Assembly (NCBI RefSeq): GCF_006345805.1
Contig: NC_043012.1
Span: forward strand, 17,918,001-17,982,000
Length of the DNA: 64,000 nt
From: Octopus sinensis
Taxonomy: Eukaryota
Direction of reading: 5' to 3'
Shown in pieces: positions 41,130-55,110 of this stretch (position 1 is the stretch's first letter; each line of letters starts with the position of its first letter). The notes under the pieces were generated by a model. That model saw only the letters and a program-made list of their open reading frames with translations. It was not told where the DNA came from and did not search any database. Made by a program: the position numbers and the translations under genes.

Positions 41130-41905
41130 GAATATGGATATATATATTTTTTCTTGTTATTACTATCAGCGGCAAATTCAAATAATTGATAATAACAAAG
41201 CTGTAGGTGGTAGCAAGCAATAATAACGTTAAATAGCTAGAGAATAAAATTTATAATTATAATAAACCTTTAATTACAATTGATGGCAAAAGGGCCTACT
41301 TGCTAGAAAGAGGGTTTAAAAGTCCTCATCTAAACTAGCGATTTACATTGAAATAAACAACAGATCAAACAAAAATCGGGTAAGCGAGTAAAGATTATCA
41401 AAATTATTACAACTCAGAGTTGGTGAATAATGAATCGGATATACATGGATCACGATTTCGTGTTCTGGATGCTGCTTTAGTTGCTATAGAGAGCACACGA
41501 GGCACCTACCTGCTAGAAAAAAATTGAATCCTCTATTAAAAACCGAATTACATCAACAGAAATCGAGCGAGAGTGTAAAGATAACCAAATGCATTTTAGC
41601 TCAAAGATGTAGTATGAAGAATCAGAAATACCTGCACCAGGACTTAACTCAACTTTCTAGCAAGTAGGTGCCTCAGGTGCCGTCTATTGCAGTTATAGTT
41701 GATTATAATTATAAATTTTATTCTCTAGCTATTTAATGCTATTCTTGCTTGCTGTCACCTATATTTTTTGGATATTATTTTCAAATATTAGAATTTGCCG
41801 CTGATAGTAATAACAATAAAAATATCTATATGAATATTCATTATTTACTTTAGTTACGTTATTTACATTTGACGGATATTTGACCTCAACTTCTTTGTTG
41901 TTAGC
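41130..41905. mobile_element. Old fold-back element: ~200-bp imperfect inverted repeat plus PLE pLTR tail
   Basis: Arms 41130-41326 and 41636-41838 (roughly 80% by eye); 41850-41905 is the reverse of the pLTR tail at 16495-16545. Confidence 0.65.
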
Positions 41906-41949
41906 AAATGAAACTAATAAGGCTTAATGTTGAGCAAGAGGGGATTTAT

Positions 41950-43171
41950 TCCTCCAAATTTGAATGAGAAATTCAAAGGTATATGGATTCCATGAACGAT
42001 TTCATAAACGCTCGATATGCGCGCCGCCTGAGACACGGTAGAGGTCACGTTGGTGGTCCATCTCATCCCAAACACGCTGCAGCATGCCTTGTGTAACAGT
42101 CTCCAGTGATTCTCTGCTAGAGTTCCTCTAGGTTTGCAGGAAGAGGGTGAACATAGACCAGGCCTTTTACATAGCCCCAGAGCAAAAACTCGCAAGGTGT
42201 CAGGTCATGTGAAAAGCAGCCATTTCAACAGCACATTGTTTTCATCACCAGCACGCTTGATTCATCTTCATCGCAGGTTGTCGTTAAGATAACCCTACAC
42301 AGTGATCTTCCCCATCCTGTCCTGTTGAATAATGAACTCTTCTTGTTCATTTGCAATAAGCTCATCCATTAGCCAGTTCTGAAGCATTAACAGACAAACA
42401 TCACCGGTCACATTTCCCTCAAAGAAAAACGAGCCATGAAGATGCTTCTTAGAGATGGCGTAGAACACATTCACTTTTGGTGAGTCCCTATCATGCTCAC
42501 CTGTGGCATGGGGGTTTTCGTTGCCCCAAATGCGAACATTATGCTTATTGACTTTGCCGTTCGTATGAAAGGTGCCCTCATCACTGAAAACATGACGATC
42601 CTTGAACTCGGCTTCTTCAGGTTTCTGTTGCTTATCAACAGAGAACTGATTACGCTTTTGCTTATCATATGCCGTTATGGCCTGAACGAGCTGCAGGTTG
42701 TTGCTTTTCATTAGCAAGCTTTTTCTCAGGACGTGCCAAACTATCGTTAGAGGAATCTGGGTTTCCAGATTTGTTTCTTTTATGGATTTCTTGGAGCTTC
42801 GCAAAAGTATTTAGCGAACCCGCACGACCTTTTCGTCCGATGTTAGTGGTCGACCACATCCTTTTGCCCTACACAGACAGCCTCCCTTATTTTCAATTTT
42901 TTGTGCCATGTCCTAATCTGCATTGTCATTGGTGACTTTTTAGAAAGCTCTCTCCCAAATGCACGCTGCACACTCCAACACACAAAACGCTTTTTCTCTT
43001 TCAGTGAATGCCATTTCTATACATGAAAAGATAAACATATCAAACACTAAACATACAAACATAAAGGTTTGACCTGTTTATACACATGGTGTTAAAATTT
43101 GAAGTCATTTAAACAATAAGTGGCAAAGTCATTAGATTTCTAAATGATATCAAAGTTTTTGAAACGCCCTG
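41950..43171 (-). mobile_element. Tc1/mariner DD41D (rosa-like) element, frameshifted
   Basis: VFSDEGTFHTNGKVNKHNVRIWGNENPH...IIQQD...SHDLTPCEFLLWGYVKG; right TIR CAGGGCGTTTCAAAA with TA at 43172; left TIR decayed. Confidence 0.9.
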
Positions 43172-43315
43172 TATAAATATATGTACATATACATATACAT
43201 ATATATATCTATATCTATATATCTCTCTCTCTATATATATACATATACTCGTGTATACATACAAACATACATATATAAATATTTATGTATGTATATACAT
43301 ATATATATATATATA

Positions 43316-43352
<37 letters not shown>

Positions 43353-44035
43353 GTGTGCTTGTGTGTGTTTTATATTATATCAATCCTTGACTTACACTAA
43401 AATGTACTTAAAATTTGTTGATTACGTATAATAGAAATACTGCATTGTTGCTTACCTGAATTATGTGATGATTGTAGTAATTTGTATTTATCTATGATCA
43501 TTTAGTTGTATCAACCCGTTATTCACTCCAAAGTGCTATTATAATATATCAGCGTCATTACTGGTATTTTAAAACTATAGTATTTATATAACTGTCAATC
43601 TGAATTATATAATCCCATAATAACATGTTTGTTCGTTACAGTAGTTTAGAAGAAAGGAAAATGACAATAGACTAGACATATGTATTGTGACGAAATATTA
43701 TTGCATAAATAGAAAATGATTCGTAGATTGACACGCAGAGATGCACATGGTTAAGAGATAAAAACGGAGATATATTTTGATTGATGATATATTTAGGTAT
43801 ATCCAGATATATACACATTAGTGTGAACTAAATGAACATGTAGAAGTGTATAAGGAATGAGTGGTTTAACCTAATGCTATGAAACGAAAGAATTCGTCAA
43901 TAGTATGTATATATGAGTGTGTGTGTGTGTGTGTCTATATAGGTGAATATGTATGTATGCTTGCATCGAATTTTGGGATATAAATGTATAAATGCATGCA
44001 TATCGGTAGCAGTATATATATGTTTATTATATGTT

Positions 44036-44067
<32 letters not shown>

Positions 44068-44107
44068 ATATGATAATCTCATATGTTTAAAACATATATG
44101 CATCACG

Positions 44108-44150
<43 letters not shown>

Positions 44151-44154
<4 letters not shown>

Positions 44155-45413
44155 GTCATGCCATATGTTCTGTTCCAATTTTGAATAGAGAAAACAAATG
44201 ATCAAATGTTATATTTAATTGAAATTTAATCATCATTGTACTTGTCCTGATTATCTTTGACTTCCTTCCATCTACTTACAAGCTTTTAATCCCATCAATA
44301 TAAAAGCACTCTGAAATGTCAGTATCGATCTTCTCCTGGCTTACGAAAATTATGTCCCTCAAATGATTCTGTAAACTACAAAACAAATGGTAGTCTGAAG
44401 GAGCAAGGTCGGGAGAATAAGGTGGATGAGGAATTTTTCCCAAACAAGCTCTTTGATCTTATGTGATGTGATCTTTTCTGTGTGGGATCGACATTGTTCT
44501 GATGAAACATCACTCCTTTTCGCTTCAATAAAGCGGGGTTCTTTTCAAAGCTTCCTTCAAACACTTTAAGTGCTGACAGTAGACTTGAGCATTGATTGTT
44601 GCATTAGGTGGTAACAATACAAAGTTAATAATTTTTTTGCAATCCCACCTGATAGAGAGAAGAACCTTTTCCCCATGAAGTTCCCTTCTCGGTTTTTGTT
44701 GAGCTTTTTTTCCCTTTTACCAAGCCATTGTTTACGACGTTTAACATTTCGATAATAGATCCATTTTTCGTCACCAGTCACAAGTCTATCAATAAAGGGA
44801 GTAATGTGTTCTCATGAATGGAGAGAAGAGCAGATGACAACTCGGGATTTGCGATTGCTTTCGGACGATTCATGAGGCACCCATTTTCCAAGTTTAGGAA
44901 TATTTCCAAGTTGAAGATGACGATGAACAGTTGTATGGCTTGAACTAAGTTTTAGTACCAATTCTTCATCTGATAATGCAGTATTTACTTCAAGTAATGC
45001 CCCAAGGAGCTTATTATGAAACTCAACTTGACATCTTGTTCGATTTTCATATTCAAGGCTGAAATCTCCACTTCTGAATTGAATTTTGCAAACCATCTTC
45101 TGCAAGTTCTTTCATTCAAGCATTTTTCCCGTAAACTGAGAGGATTTTTCGAATCGCTTACGCCGCAGAGTCTCCTTTTTTATACTCATAAAGCATTATG
45201 TGCCTCAAATGCTATTTGGATACTTCCATGTTAGAAAGAGTTTTAATCAAAGAAATTTAATTCAATTATTCTGTAAAATAATATTTAATTAGTTTAAATG
45301 TACACAAATGCATACAAATAATTTTTGCTTCCATTAGACTTTCTAGAATACTATTAAATTTCATTCAATTTTACAAAAAGGTAAAATTGGACAGAACTTA
45401 TGTGATGACTTAA
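44151..45413 (-). mobile_element. Full-length (1263 bp) mariner, decayed transposase, in a (TA)n tract
   Basis: TIRs TCAGGTCATGCCATATGTTCTGTTCCAATTTT / TTAAGTCATCACATAAGTTCTGTCCAATTTT, TA flanks; WVPHE, VTGDEKWIYY and a PYSPDLAPSDY equivalent in shifted frames. Confidence 0.92.
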
Positions 45414-45454
<41 letters not shown>

Positions 45455-45459
45455 ATATA

Positions 45460-45554
<95 letters not shown>

Positions 45555-46306
45555 TTGGGTTCGCTTAAATAAATCTCTTTCTGTGTGATAGCAGCTATCA
45601 GATATTAAGCGAGTGTGATGAGAAACAATACAGCTGAAATTTAGCCTTTTGTGCCGACTGGCAAACAAATTGAAATCCTGTTGGAGTAATAAAGTGACTA
45701 CGTGCTCTATATATTGGGGTTAGTGTTAGGGATTGGGTAAAATATTTACAGACAAACGTGATAATAAATCCTCCTAGTTTATATTTTGGCATCTTTGAGT
45801 GGTAATCTATCTCATAAAAGCGAGGCATATTTAGGCTAAAAATAAAAGTGAGAATTTAATATATGTTATATGTATGTTATATATATTTAATCATTAGTTA
45901 CATTCACTAATCTTCGTGTATTTATTTTATAATTTATATTTTTGATTTTTATTTACATTACTTTATACATTTACGCCTTCTATCTATTTCAATCCACATG
46001 TTACACTTTATCGAGGGGCTGGTAGACATATAATATGGGCATAAAACAAGGGTATATCGGATGTAATGTAGCAATGCTTTTGGAGCAACTCATTTAAGGA
46101 CGTGTGGGTACACATTTAGTTCAGGACTATATTCATAAAGTGATTATCTAATATTTATCTAATAGTATCGTATTGAAAACTCAACGACTAAGAATGATAT
46201 TAATAAAGCAGAGAAACAGCCGCTGTGAGTTGTGAATAAAGCTTATTCATTTCAGCTTCCTGTTCAATGTGTGCGTGTGTGTGTCTATATACACACATAC
46301 GCACAT

Positions 46307-46372
<66 letters not shown>

Positions 46373-47926
46373 GTATATAGTAGGAGCTGTCTTATGGGTA
46401 GTTGTATTTGGAACTCCCTTTAAATTTCTTTTTCATACTCCTAAGATAATAAATTAAGGGAGCTGTACCAGGAATGCTTGCATTACTTTATTTCACACTG
46501 TTTGCATAGCAGATTAGCTTTATAGCTGATATTTTGACGGACATATCCGAGACATAGGTTTACCGGAAATTAGTGGACGGCAGATGATCGTAAAGATGAC
46601 GTTAAATTTTCTTGTTCCCTCGGTATTTAATAGTTTTCTTCATTCGCCAAGTTTTTAGTGAAATGAACTCGTTTTACCTGTTTACCATTGAAATTGTGTC
46701 AGTAGTGACTTCGCTTCACGGTGGCGAAAGAAATTCATGGAAATGTCGTCCATTCAACAGCAGTCGTGATTTTTGTTTTTACTTTTCTTGACTTCATTTC
46801 CCATTCAACTCATACTTTTCCCCCACTGTCTTCTGCCTAGTTGTTACTTCTGATATTAAATACTCACGTACATACATACCTACGCACACAAACGTGTACA
46901 TACATGTGCACACAGACATACACACACATACATATACACTGACACACAGACACAGAGACACACACATATATATATATATATATATACATGTATGTATGTC
47001 TTTGTGTCTGTATGTCAGTGTTTATGTATATATATATATATGTATGTATATAAGGAAACTCTGAGGGTGAAGCAAATTAACATGCGAAGGTGGCTTTTGT
47101 GTCCATCAAATCACATAAATAAATGCAAGAAATTTACACAAATATAATTTGGAATGGAAAGTAAAAAAAAAAAAACATGGCACAATAGTAAGACAAAATA
47201 AATAAATAAAAAAAACAAGCGTACAAACGTTATAAACGTCCCTTTATTACGTATTCATAGACAATTCATTTTGGCTATTTCTAAACTTCTCCTAATGGAT
47301 GTATATTTTGTTTACTTATAATTTAATGAAAGAAAGTAAAAGTTATAATTGGAAATAGATTGCTTTCGATGTCAAAGTTATAGACAGGATAATAATAATG
47401 ATAATAAAAAAAACAAGTTGAATGAATAAATGATAGATAAACAGCAAACCATCCCTTGAGTACAGAAATAATTTGCGGTCATACAATGAAAAGTCACAAA
47501 AGGAAAAATTTGATCCGTGAAGATTAAGTGAAGAATTCCAATGAGGTCAGGCAGTTCTAGAATAATGTAATGTATATTATCCTCTATAATTAACTAAATC
47601 AAACAAGAACATAATTTCAAATTAATGTAGATCTCCAGAATGAATTCCCCTAAGAAAGCTAATAATGATATTTCGAATAGTAATAACGTCTTGCGTAAAC
47701 ATCATCGAGGAGAAATGTTTCGCTGCCTAAACCTGAAAGCAATCACATCAGGTGGTCTCAGCTAAATTCAATTTTGATAATTAAGAATTAAAAAAAGCGT
47801 ATTTAACCTTAGAAATTTTTAAAAAATGTATTTCTATTGACACATCATCAGCAGAATAACTTTATGTGTTAATTTTCTTCTAAAATAACTATGTACATTT
47901 GCAGTGGATTTTTCAGTAGAGCAATC

Positions 47927-48157
47927 AGCGAGCTGGCAGAAACGTTAGCACGCCGGGCGAAATGTGTAGCCGTATTTCGTCTGCCGGTACGTTCTGAGTT
48001 CAAATTCCGCCGAGGTCGATTTTGCCTTTCATCCTTTCGGGGTCGATTAAATAAGTACCAGTTATGCACTGTGGTCGATATAATCGACTTAATCCGTTTG
48101 TCTGTCCTTGTTTGTCCCCTCTGTGTGTAGCCCCTTGTGAGCAGTAAAGAAATAAGT
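47927..48157 (+). mobile_element. SINE family B monomer
   Basis: GCGAGCTGGCAGAAACGTTAGCACGCCGGGCG...AGTAAAGAAATA. Confidence 0.9.
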
Positions 48158-48942
48158 AGAGTAACTGTAAAGCTGCATTAGGCATATCTCTGCACTAATA
48201 TTGCCCTATATACTGTCTTGTGATTCTTTGCAAAATTTGCGAGTATTATTACTTTCTCTTGCATTAGATTTTAATAAAATATGTTTATCCTCTGTCTTTA
48301 TTCATTAAGGGGGATGCTGTATTATGTATAAAGTAAGTAACATATCAGATTTATAATACTTGATTCTTTAAAAATTTTAGCACATTAAATTAGTAAGACC
48401 CATTTCTGATATATTCAGTATCCTTAATAATAATAATAATAATAATATATTTATCATAAGTATAATAATACTTTTAGAGTAACTTCTAATATTTTAAATA
48501 AAAATAAATGAGTATTGTATGTGTTTTCTGTTTTCATAATTGCATACCTACTTTTGCACTACCCTGTGCAAATATAAATACTTGGCATTTCTCTAGTATA
48601 AAGCGGCTGAGAGCTGGCCTACTGGATCAAGGAGCCGTTGATACATTGTTTTGTGAACAAAATTATATACTTCTTACTAACGTTATTCACCTATTCCTAA
48701 GGGATAACAAAGAGGATGCGCATTAATTAGCACTGAAATAATTGAATATTTCCTTAACTCTTTCAGACTAAGTCTTCCTGTGTACTCAAAGAATATGAGA
48801 AAATCATTTAGTGTAATTCCCTCTAGAAATTCAATTTAAAATGCGAGTTTTCAGGGATGTTATAAACGCTGTCTTTACATTGCTAAAGCACAATGCACCT
48901 GCCATAAGTTGTGAATAGCAAAGATAAACTTTTATAGATAAA

Positions 48943-49337
48943 CTAGCAGTATCGCCCGGCGTTGCTCGGGTTTGTAAGGGAAATAACTATATAAGCATTT
49001 TTAGAGATGTAAAGTATAATAGCCATCTCGATATGGCTAACCACAAAGGGGGGGGTGTTACTGTAGCTTTTTACGTTCTGAGATTTAATAATACCATTTT
49101 AGAGAGTTACTTCCCTTATATAATAGCAAAAAATGCATTAAAAATGGGAAAAATGATGGTAATTTTTTTTTTAAATCATAGACTCATCGTAGACACGCAC
49201 TAATACCTAGAAGGGCTCGATATGAATCATGACTATAAGATACCCGCTTTTGGTTACACTGCGCCGCAAAATGTGGGAGTAGTTAGGAATCTAAATCGTA
49301 GGAGACAGACACACAACTTTAGTTTTATATATAAAGA
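48943..49337 (-). mobile_element. Complete non-autonomous Helitron, 395 bp
   Basis: 5' TCTTTATATATAAAACT, 3' CCCGAGCAACGCCGGGCGATACTGCTAG; inserted between A and T with no TSD. Confidence 0.9.
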
Positions 49338-50436
49338 TATCTATTGAAATACGTAATTCACAGAATCACTGTAAGAGTAATTTCAGTTCATTGATATCAA
49401 AAATTTCTTGGGGAAATGCATGAACATCACAACTTGCAATAACTTTCAATGATCAAAACACGTCTTCAAGTTCCCTCAGCTCATTGCTGAAATAGAATAG
49501 AGCAAATATTAGAATCTTTACAATGCAATATCAAAATGATTCTATTTATAAAGCTGTCTGTTGAAAACATTCTAGCCTATAATCGTTATATTCTTTGCTT
49601 GATATTCGAGAAGAAATGCAATTATATTATTTCTTTTATTGTAGTGCTCGGCTAAAGGTTTTTGGCCAGAAGCCATTTTGAATTTATAAATACTACATGA
49701 TGTCAGGATTTCCTCCATTCTTACTTAATTGTGCTGAAATCACTACAAGAGTCATCCATCAACATATATTTTATACGTTAATTGTTTCGACACACAAAGT
49801 CACACTTGAACATAAATAGAAACACACATACACAAACACATACACACGCGCACACACAAACGCACTCATAAAAGCATATTGACTTATGAAGTACAGAGAG
49901 TTTAATGATCACAGAGAATAGCTACACTGATTCATACATACAAAAACATATTAAATCTTTGGCCGGTTTTCGATGTTTTTGTAATATCCATTGATTTCAG
50001 TAATATTATCGTTTGAAGCTTATTCCTACTTGACAAACAAAAGTACTTGAAAAGACAGAAGAACATTCTGGAAAAGTTTACGACTAAAATATTGATCATA
50101 ACTGAAGAATTTTACTATACAGATACACAGAATATCAGAGCTAAGAGAAACTTCTCATTAGCCTAACTCTCTCTCTCATATCAGCACTGTCTCTGTCTCT
50201 CTTTTTCTCTTTATTTCCCTGTCTGTCTGTCTGACTGTCTCTCTCTCTCTCTCTCTTTCAATGAGCATATCTCTTTCGATTTATAATTCTCTCTTAGTGA
50301 CCAAACAAATATTCATATATTCATAATCATATAAAATTTCACATATAATCACATTTAGGTACAGATTCACACACCCACACATACATACACAAACGCATAT
50401 ATATAGTGTATGTGTGTTTGTGCATTACATATATAA

Positions 50437-50486
<50 letters not shown>

Positions 50487-51086
50487 GTTATGATATGGAA
50501 ATATCGGAGACGGAAACTCGGAAGCAAAAAAATTATAATTACGATAAAATATTCAAAAACAAATAAAAGAGAAACGAAAATTCAGAATTAAACGGTAAAA
50601 ATTGAATAACAAGATAGATATGTGATTTGATGTTAAATTTCGACTTCTGCATTTGTTCCTTTTTCCTATTTTTCACTTTATTGTTATAAAGTTTTATATT
50701 CCAAGTTTTAATAATCTTCACACCTAATGCAACACACATTCGTGTACGCTCGCACAAACATATGCACATATATATATACATATAGTGTTCGTTGTCGGAA
50801 AGAATGATAGCTCGGTACCATGGAGGAGGTTGATAACGTATCTTATATTGATCGAGTCACTCACATGCCATTCTGTATTACGCCAGTAGTTGCACGGTAT
50901 CTTAAGGCAAGTTGTCATAACTTACCTAAAACCACAGTACACATTGTGGTGAGACTCAGACTAAGTGAATGGTAAGATGCTGACTTCCAGGACCAACCAT
51001 AGCGTCGTCAGTGTTCTTGTTAGGCGTAAACTGAAAGAAGCCAGTCGTATACAAATATACATACATACACACACACACATACACAC

Positions 51087-51144
<58 letters not shown>

Positions 51145-51147
<3 letters not shown>

Positions 51148-51326
51148 TATATTAAATTAGAGATAAAAACCACCATCAGGCAAATCATACAATGAAAAGC
51201 TTAAGCCAATACATAAGATTAATTAATCTTATCTCTAATTTAATATAATAGAATATTTTACTATAAAATTGGATTCAATCGTAAATCTGATTTTTCCCTG
51301 TAAGTTTGGATTTATTCCTAATATTT

Positions 51327-51330
<4 letters not shown>
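51145..51330. repeat. Short insert between (TA)n tracts with perfect 22-bp inverted repeat
   Basis: TATTATATTAAATTAGAGATAA (51145-51166) / TTATCTCTAATTTAATATAATA (51229-51250). Confidence 0.7.
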
Positions 51331-51364
<34 letters not shown>

Positions 51365-51370
<6 letters not shown>

Positions 51371-51755
51371 GGAAGTTTATTTGCCACATGAATGTGTCGG
51401 TCCTATAGGGGACGATGTCGCTGTTGTTTATAGCAGAAATTACAGTCCATGAAATGATCCTTTGGCTCTCCCATGTCATAGGTATTGCAAACGGCATTGC
51501 TCTCTTCCTCTAATTTAGCTAATCCCTTAGTCCATTTGAACAAGCTGAGCAGATGATGCGCGGGGCCCAACTCTTATCTTGATCCCCGAGAGAGCAGCCA
51601 AAGTATAACTGGTAGATATTTTTGAGTTCACACGTGAGAGCACGTTGCTGAACTTTGGTGGTAAATGGACCAGAGACATGACAAAATATATCAGGACTGT
51701 TCTTGCAATGCTTTGACATCCTGAGTAGAATTTGATAATGACGATGACTTGGCAC
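51365..51755 (-). mobile_element. Chapaev3-like (CMC superfamily) transposase N-terminal Zn-finger fragment
   Basis: CKNSPDIFCHVSG...YFGCSLGDQDKSWAPRIICSAC...MPFAIPMTW/REPKDHFMDCNFC; family name from recalled motif, not a search. Confidence 0.7.
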
Positions 51756-53085
51756 TTTAAACAGAAAGTAATGTTTATGAAAAGAAATGATTATGAAAAC
51801 ATAAAATTACAAAATGAATATAAATAGTTATAAAACAGAAATCAGAGTTTACCTGTATAAGACGTTTACGTATGGCGATACTGCTGAAGGGAGTTATATA
51901 CCTCTCTTATCTAATCAGAAAAACTGCGCCTGATAGAAGGAAACCGATTACATTTTTGAAATCTACGGACAAATCTACATATAAAACACCATATAATATC
52001 CCTGATGAAACTTGGCTGTTGACCATTGTTATTGTAGTATCGCCACCATTTATGTCGATACTTGTTTACACTATAACCGTGAATAACAATAAAATATATA
52101 ACAAAGCAAGGTAAAACAACGTAACAGTCCAACAAAATTTCCACGAACTAGACCGGAACCAACAAACGATATTCCGACAAACTACCTACCAAAACGACAC
52201 CTTAAGACTTCCTGCGATTAACGCCTTTCTATATCTCACTCAGACCGCTACTACTTATGGTCGTTCAGTCAAGTTTATTTTCGCAGGGGATGCCACGACT
52301 CTCGCCACAACATACGTATATATGCAAGCAGTTATGTATGAATGTATGCATTTATGTGTGCGTTTGCTTACATAAATTCATGCATAGATATATATGTGTA
52401 CAGATAGCATTATTAGACTTGGGAAGTAGCATCTCGAGCGACATTCCCTCTGTGATGAAATTGAACACATGCTCAAGGAAATTACATGACGAGGCAGCGT
52501 ATCATCGGATGAAAAGATGAGTGAGTATCACCAGAACATGCATGTATATGTTATCCGAAACCTCCAGGATGACAGCACTATAGATAATCAAGGCAGTCAA
52601 TCGTGGAGGAACAGCGAGATCATTAAATCTCATATTAAAAGGTATGCATTTGGATGAAAAGGAAATAACAACCGTATTCCTTCTACACAAATGAAACTGA
52701 GGCGCGTGTAAAACACCGAAATGTGATAATCGTAATTTGTAAAACTTTCGAAATATTTAGTATTTAAGTATATATATTTGCATGTATATACATGCAATTA
52801 TATACATAAGCATACATACAACAAAACATAAAAATGTGAGGTTGGATTCACTCCAAATATTGCACATATTCACACACATACACATATACACAAATACCTT
52901 GCTGACATTGTTTAAAATTTCAATGAAAGATGCTTGAATCTAGATTAGAAACCGATTCTTTCTCTATTGGAAATAAATTCCAAAATAAGAATGAACAATA
53001 TTATACATACATATATACGCAAACACACACGCGAACACACTCACACACACATATATACATATACTTATACACGCACACACACATA

Positions 53086-53127
<42 letters not shown>

Positions 53128-53534
53128 CATACATCCATATATATATATATATCCATACATCCATATATATATGTGTGTGTGTGTGATTGTGTGTATGAGT
53201 GTGTGTGTTTGTGTGTGTGTGTGTGTGTGTGTAGTATTCGCCAGTTGAACAACTTCTGACAAATATATTTTCCAAAGTGGAAAATGAGAACCAGTATAAT
53301 GTAAAATACAATAATATATATATTGAATACGTACGGCAATCTTCGCTAGGAGTGATGGTAGGAGACAACTCACGCAATTACAAAGAGGTTTAATGATGCC
53401 ATGAACCGAATAACCTGGCATTTTGAAGTACAATATGAAAGAAAGAAACAAGGTTGAAGTAGAATGTATGTGATGCTGGAATGGATGAGGCACACGAAGA
53501 AAGACCATGCAAAAACGATATCGTAGAAAAAAGT

Positions 53535-53726
53535 AGTAGTATTAATAGTAGAAGTAGTAGTAGTAGCAGTAGTAGTTGTTGTTGTTGTTGCAGTAGTAGT
53601 AGTAGTAGTGGTGGTGGTGATAGTGATGGTGGCGGCGACGGCAGCGGTGGTGGTGGTGGTAGTAGTAGTAGTAGTAGTGGTAGTAGTGGTGTTGGTGTTG
53701 GTGGTGGTGGTGGCGTTGGTGGTGAG

Positions 53727-53789
<63 letters not shown>

Positions 53790-53795
53790 GTAGAA
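53535..53795. repeat. Mixed (AGT)/(GGT)/(TGT) trinucleotide tract
   Basis: Directly visible. Confidence 0.9.
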
Positions 53796-54084
53796 AAAAA
53801 AATAAAAGCAGAAGAAGAAGAAGACAGAGGGCAGCTAGTAATTTGTGTCGAACAATAAAACTAAATTCATCAACGTGTACTTTCACGATGTGAAAAGACA
53901 ATGCAAAATTTATCAATGGCTATCTAGACAGTCGGATAATTGACCAAAAAGACAATAATAATGTTTTGTCCAACGTGCACAACGGTTTGGTAAATATAGT
54001 CTTCTCGGAGTGTACAGCCACTTACCTGTTGAATATTGCTATTATAGTATCGGAAATAAATTCTTGATTGTATTTGTCATATCA

Positions 54085-54119
54085 AAATAATAATAATAAT
54101 AACAATAATAATAATAATA

Positions 54120-54154
<35 letters not shown>

Positions 54155-54184
54155 TAATAATAATAATAGCAATAATAATAATAA

Positions 54185-54226
<42 letters not shown>

Positions 54227-54270
54227 TAATAATAATATAATAATAATAATAATATAATAATAATAATAAA

Positions 54271-54305
<35 letters not shown>

Positions 54306-54449
54306 GTAATATAATAATAATAGTAATAATAATAATAATAATAACAATAATAGTAATAATAATAATAATAATAAATAATAATAATAAATAATAATAATAA
54401 TAGTAATAATAATAATAATAGTAATATAATAATAATAATAATAACAATA

Positions 54450-54485
<36 letters not shown>

Positions 54486-54518
54486 TAATAATAATAGTAA
54501 TAATAATAATACTAATAC

Positions 54519-54568
<50 letters not shown>

Positions 54569-54577
54569 TTAATAATA
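54085..54577. repeat. ~490-bp (AAT)n tract
   Basis: Directly visible. Confidence 0.95.
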
Positions 54578-54908
54578 GACAAAAAACAACACGTACAGGC
54601 TAAAAAGAAAGAAATTACACATCTTGAAGAAATTATAGCTCATACAGGTTTTCGCCGCATTTTGACTTGTTTATATCAAACGAGTCATACTATGTTGTGA
54701 TTCATTGACAAACACATTCCGAGTCACGCTGCGACGACGTACCCATCATGGAAATTAAGAGAAAGGTACTTATAAAAAATATAAGTTACTGTTGCTATAA
54801 GTTACCGTTGCTAATAGCCACTGCGTGGCTTGTGCTAGTTTTGACGACTGAATTCAAGTACTCTAATAAGAATATCATGGATTTCACATTGAATCTTCTA
54901 ATGCCGGA

Positions 54909-55090
54909 TTGACTCACCGTAAGATAGACATGATTCCTCGATTGTTGACTCACCGTAAAATAGACATGATTCCTCGATTGTTGACTCACCGTAAGATAAA
55001 CATGGTGTCCTCGATTGTTGACTCACCGTAAGATAAACATGATTCCTCGATTGTTGACTCACCGTATTATAAACATGGTGCCCTCGATTA
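54909..55090. repeat. 36/37-bp minisatellite, five units
   Basis: TTGACTCACCGTAAGATAGACATGATTCCTCGATTG-type units starting 54909, 54945, 54981, 55018, 55054; no spacers. Confidence 0.92.
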
Positions 55091-55110
55091 TTTTTTGCAT
55101 GTTTGTTATA

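Noticed and set aside
47700-47760. Hammerhead-like CTGATGTG...GCAGCGAAACATT on minus
   Set aside because: Core A9 is mutated and stems I-III do not pair; at best a very old pLTR relic.
53481-53858. 125-aa Ser/Gly/Val ORF resembling a glycine-rich structural protein
   Set aside because: Wholly explained by a mixed trinucleotide tract; no splice or signal-peptide support.
54909-55090. CRISPR-like 36-37-bp repeats
   Set aside because: Units are contiguous with no unique spacers, there are no cas genes, and the context is eukaryotic.
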